Below, in pieces: positions 62,210 to 64,000 of a stretch of DNA of 64,000 nucleotides. Origin of the DNA: Mustelus asterias (taxonomy: Eukaryota); the NCBI RefSeq assembly GCF_964213995.1, contig NW_027590699.1, forward strand, positions 124,001 to 188,000, written 5' to 3'. The notes below the pieces were generated by a model. The model did no database searches. It was not told where the DNA came from and saw only the letters and a program-made list of their open reading frames with translations. Every line of letters begins with the position of its first letter. Within the stretch, counting starts at the first letter, position 1. The position numbers and the translations under genes are program-made.

Positions 62210-63003
62210 GAATCATAGAGTCATCGAGGTTTACAGCATGGAAACAGGCCCTTCGGCCCAATTTGTCCATGCCGCCCTTTTGTTTTTAACCCTAAATTAA
62301 TCCCAATTTCCCGCATTTGTCCCATATCCCTCGATAGCCATCGTACCCATGTAACTATCTGAATGCTTTTTAAAAGACAAAATTGTACCCGCCTCTACTA
62401 CTATCTCTGGCAGCTTGTTCCAGACACTCACCACCCTCTGTGTGAAAAAATAGCCCCTCCTGACACTTTTGTATCTCTCCCGTCTCATCTTAAACCTATG
62501 CCCTCGAGTTTTAGACTCACCTACCGTTGGGAAAAGATATTGACGATCTAGCTGATCTGTGCCCCGCATTATTTTATAGACTTCTAGAAGATCACCCCTC
62601 AGCCTCCTACGCTTCAGAGAAAAAAGTCCCAGTCTATCCAGCCTCTCCTTATAGCTCAATCCATCAAGTCCCGGTAGCATCCTGCTGAACCTTTTCTGCA
62701 CTCTTTCTAGTTTAATAATATCCTTTCTATAATAGGGTGACCAGAATTGCACACAGTATTCCAAGTGTGGCCTTACTAATGTCTTGTACAACTTCAACAG
62801 GACATTCCAACTCCTGTATTCAATGTTCTGACCAATGAAACCAAGCATCCCGAATGCCTTCTTCACCACTCTGTCCACCTGTGACTCCACTTTCAAGGAG
62901 CTATGAACATGTACCTCGAGCTCTCTTTGTTCTGTAACTCGCCCCAACGCGCTACCATTAACTGAATAAGTCGTGCCCTGGTTCAATCCACCAAAATGCA
63001 TCA
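62210..63003 (-). mobile_element. 5'-truncated CR1 LINE
   Basis: ORF 62297-63214, CR1 ORF2 C-terminus. Confidence 0.92.
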
Positions 63004-63416
63004 TATGTGTGCGTGAGACCCGAGTTTGTACGTGTGTGTGACAGCGTGTCTGTCTGTGACAGGATAGAGTGTGTGTGAGGGAGAGGGTGTGTGTGTGAGA
63101 TGGACCGATAATGTGTGTGTGTGTGTGTGTGTGTGTAGACCAGGGGAGAGTGCGTGTCATAGAGTCATAGATATTTACAGCATGGAAACAGGCTCTTCGG
63201 CCCAGCTTCTCCATGCCGCCCAGTTCTTGCCATTAAGTTAGTCCCAACTGTCCGCATTTAGCGTATATCTCTCTAAAGCCATTTTACTCTTGTACCTAAA
63301 TGCTTTTTAAAATACAAAATTGTGTGTGTCTCTACGACTGCCCCGGCAACGCGTTCCAGACGCTCACCACCCTCTGAGTGAAACAAAATGCCTCTCTGGA
63401 CTCTTTTGTATTTCTC

Positions 63417-64000
63417 CCATAGAACCATAGAACCATAGAAAATTACAGCTCAGAAACAGGCCTTTTGGCCCTTCTTGTCTGTGCCGAACCATTTTATGCC
63501 TAGTCCCACTGACCTGCACTTGGACCATATCCCTCCACACCCCTCTCATCCATGAACCCGTCCAAGTTTTTCTTAAATGTTAAAAGTGACCCTGCATTTA
63601 CCACTTTATCCGGCAGCTCATTCCACACTCCCACCACTCTCTGCGTGAAGAAGCCCCCCCTAATATTCCCTTTAAACTTTTCTCCTTTCACCCTTAACCC
63701 ATGCCCTCTGGTTTTTTTCTCCCCCAGCCTCAGCGGAAAAAGCCTGCTTGCATTCACTCTATCTATACCCATCAAAACCTTATACACCTCCATCAAATCT
63801 CCCCTCAATCTTCTACGCTCCAGGGAATAAAGTCCCAACCTATTCAATCTCTCTCTGTAACTCAGCTTCTCAAGTCCTGGCAACATCCTTGTGAACTTTC
63901 TCTGCACTCTTTCAATCTTATTTACATCCTTCCTGTAACTAGGTGACCAAAACTGTACACAGTACTCCAAATTCGGCCTCACCAATGCCCTATATAACCT
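63417..64000 (-). mobile_element. Young CR1 LINE 3' end (runs off the window), inserted into an older CR1 tail (63155-63416)
   Basis: ORF 63500-63985, nearly identical to 3560-4122; (agaaccat)n tail. Confidence 0.93.

Noticed and set aside
61013-64000. JH, D or VH segments
   Set aside because: No WGxGT motif or RSS seen; only repeats and CR1. Whether this IgM cluster is complete or germline-joined cannot be judged from this window.

Overview
Vertebrate genomic DNA, almost certainly from a shark (cartilaginous fish). The evidence is the V-SINE/HE1-type SINEs, HER1/CR1-type LINEs and the shark-type IgM sequence. 1-52 kb is a cluster of eight paralogous C2H2 zinc-finger genes with no recognisable KRAB domain. 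Two have intact ORFs (15 fingers at 7356-8618 and 8 fingers at 23581-24252) and six are pseudogenes. Six of the eight form three head-to-head pairs around CpG-island promoters with NRF1/YY1/CCAAT motifs. 53.4-61 kb carries a complete-looking IgM heavy-chain constant region on the minus strand (CH1-CH4, secretory tail, TM1, TM2); its V-D-J part would lie beyond the right edge. The region is packed with retroelements: one full-length CR1 with a 6-bp TSD, many truncated CR1s, Rex1/Babar and GalEa-like Copia remnants, a solo LTR, several SINE families, and Penelope-like (PLE) fragments carrying minimal hammerhead ribozyme motifs. Most notable: (i) a conserved 66-nt mini-exon with a strong-Kozak ATG (GQEAVSMDLSISLNQHLQENWEG) upstream of several ZNF genes, now out of frame with the fingers; (ii) PLE-derived insertions with 15-bp TSDs, including a 17-nt micro-insertion and a composite insertion that captured 357 bp of neighbouring DNA in inverted orientation; (iii) tail-to-tail abutment of a ZNF cassette and the IgM cluster; (iv) AGCT/G-rich repeats reminiscent of switch regions. 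All alignments were made by eye; repeat boundaries are approximate unless a TSD or splice site is cited.
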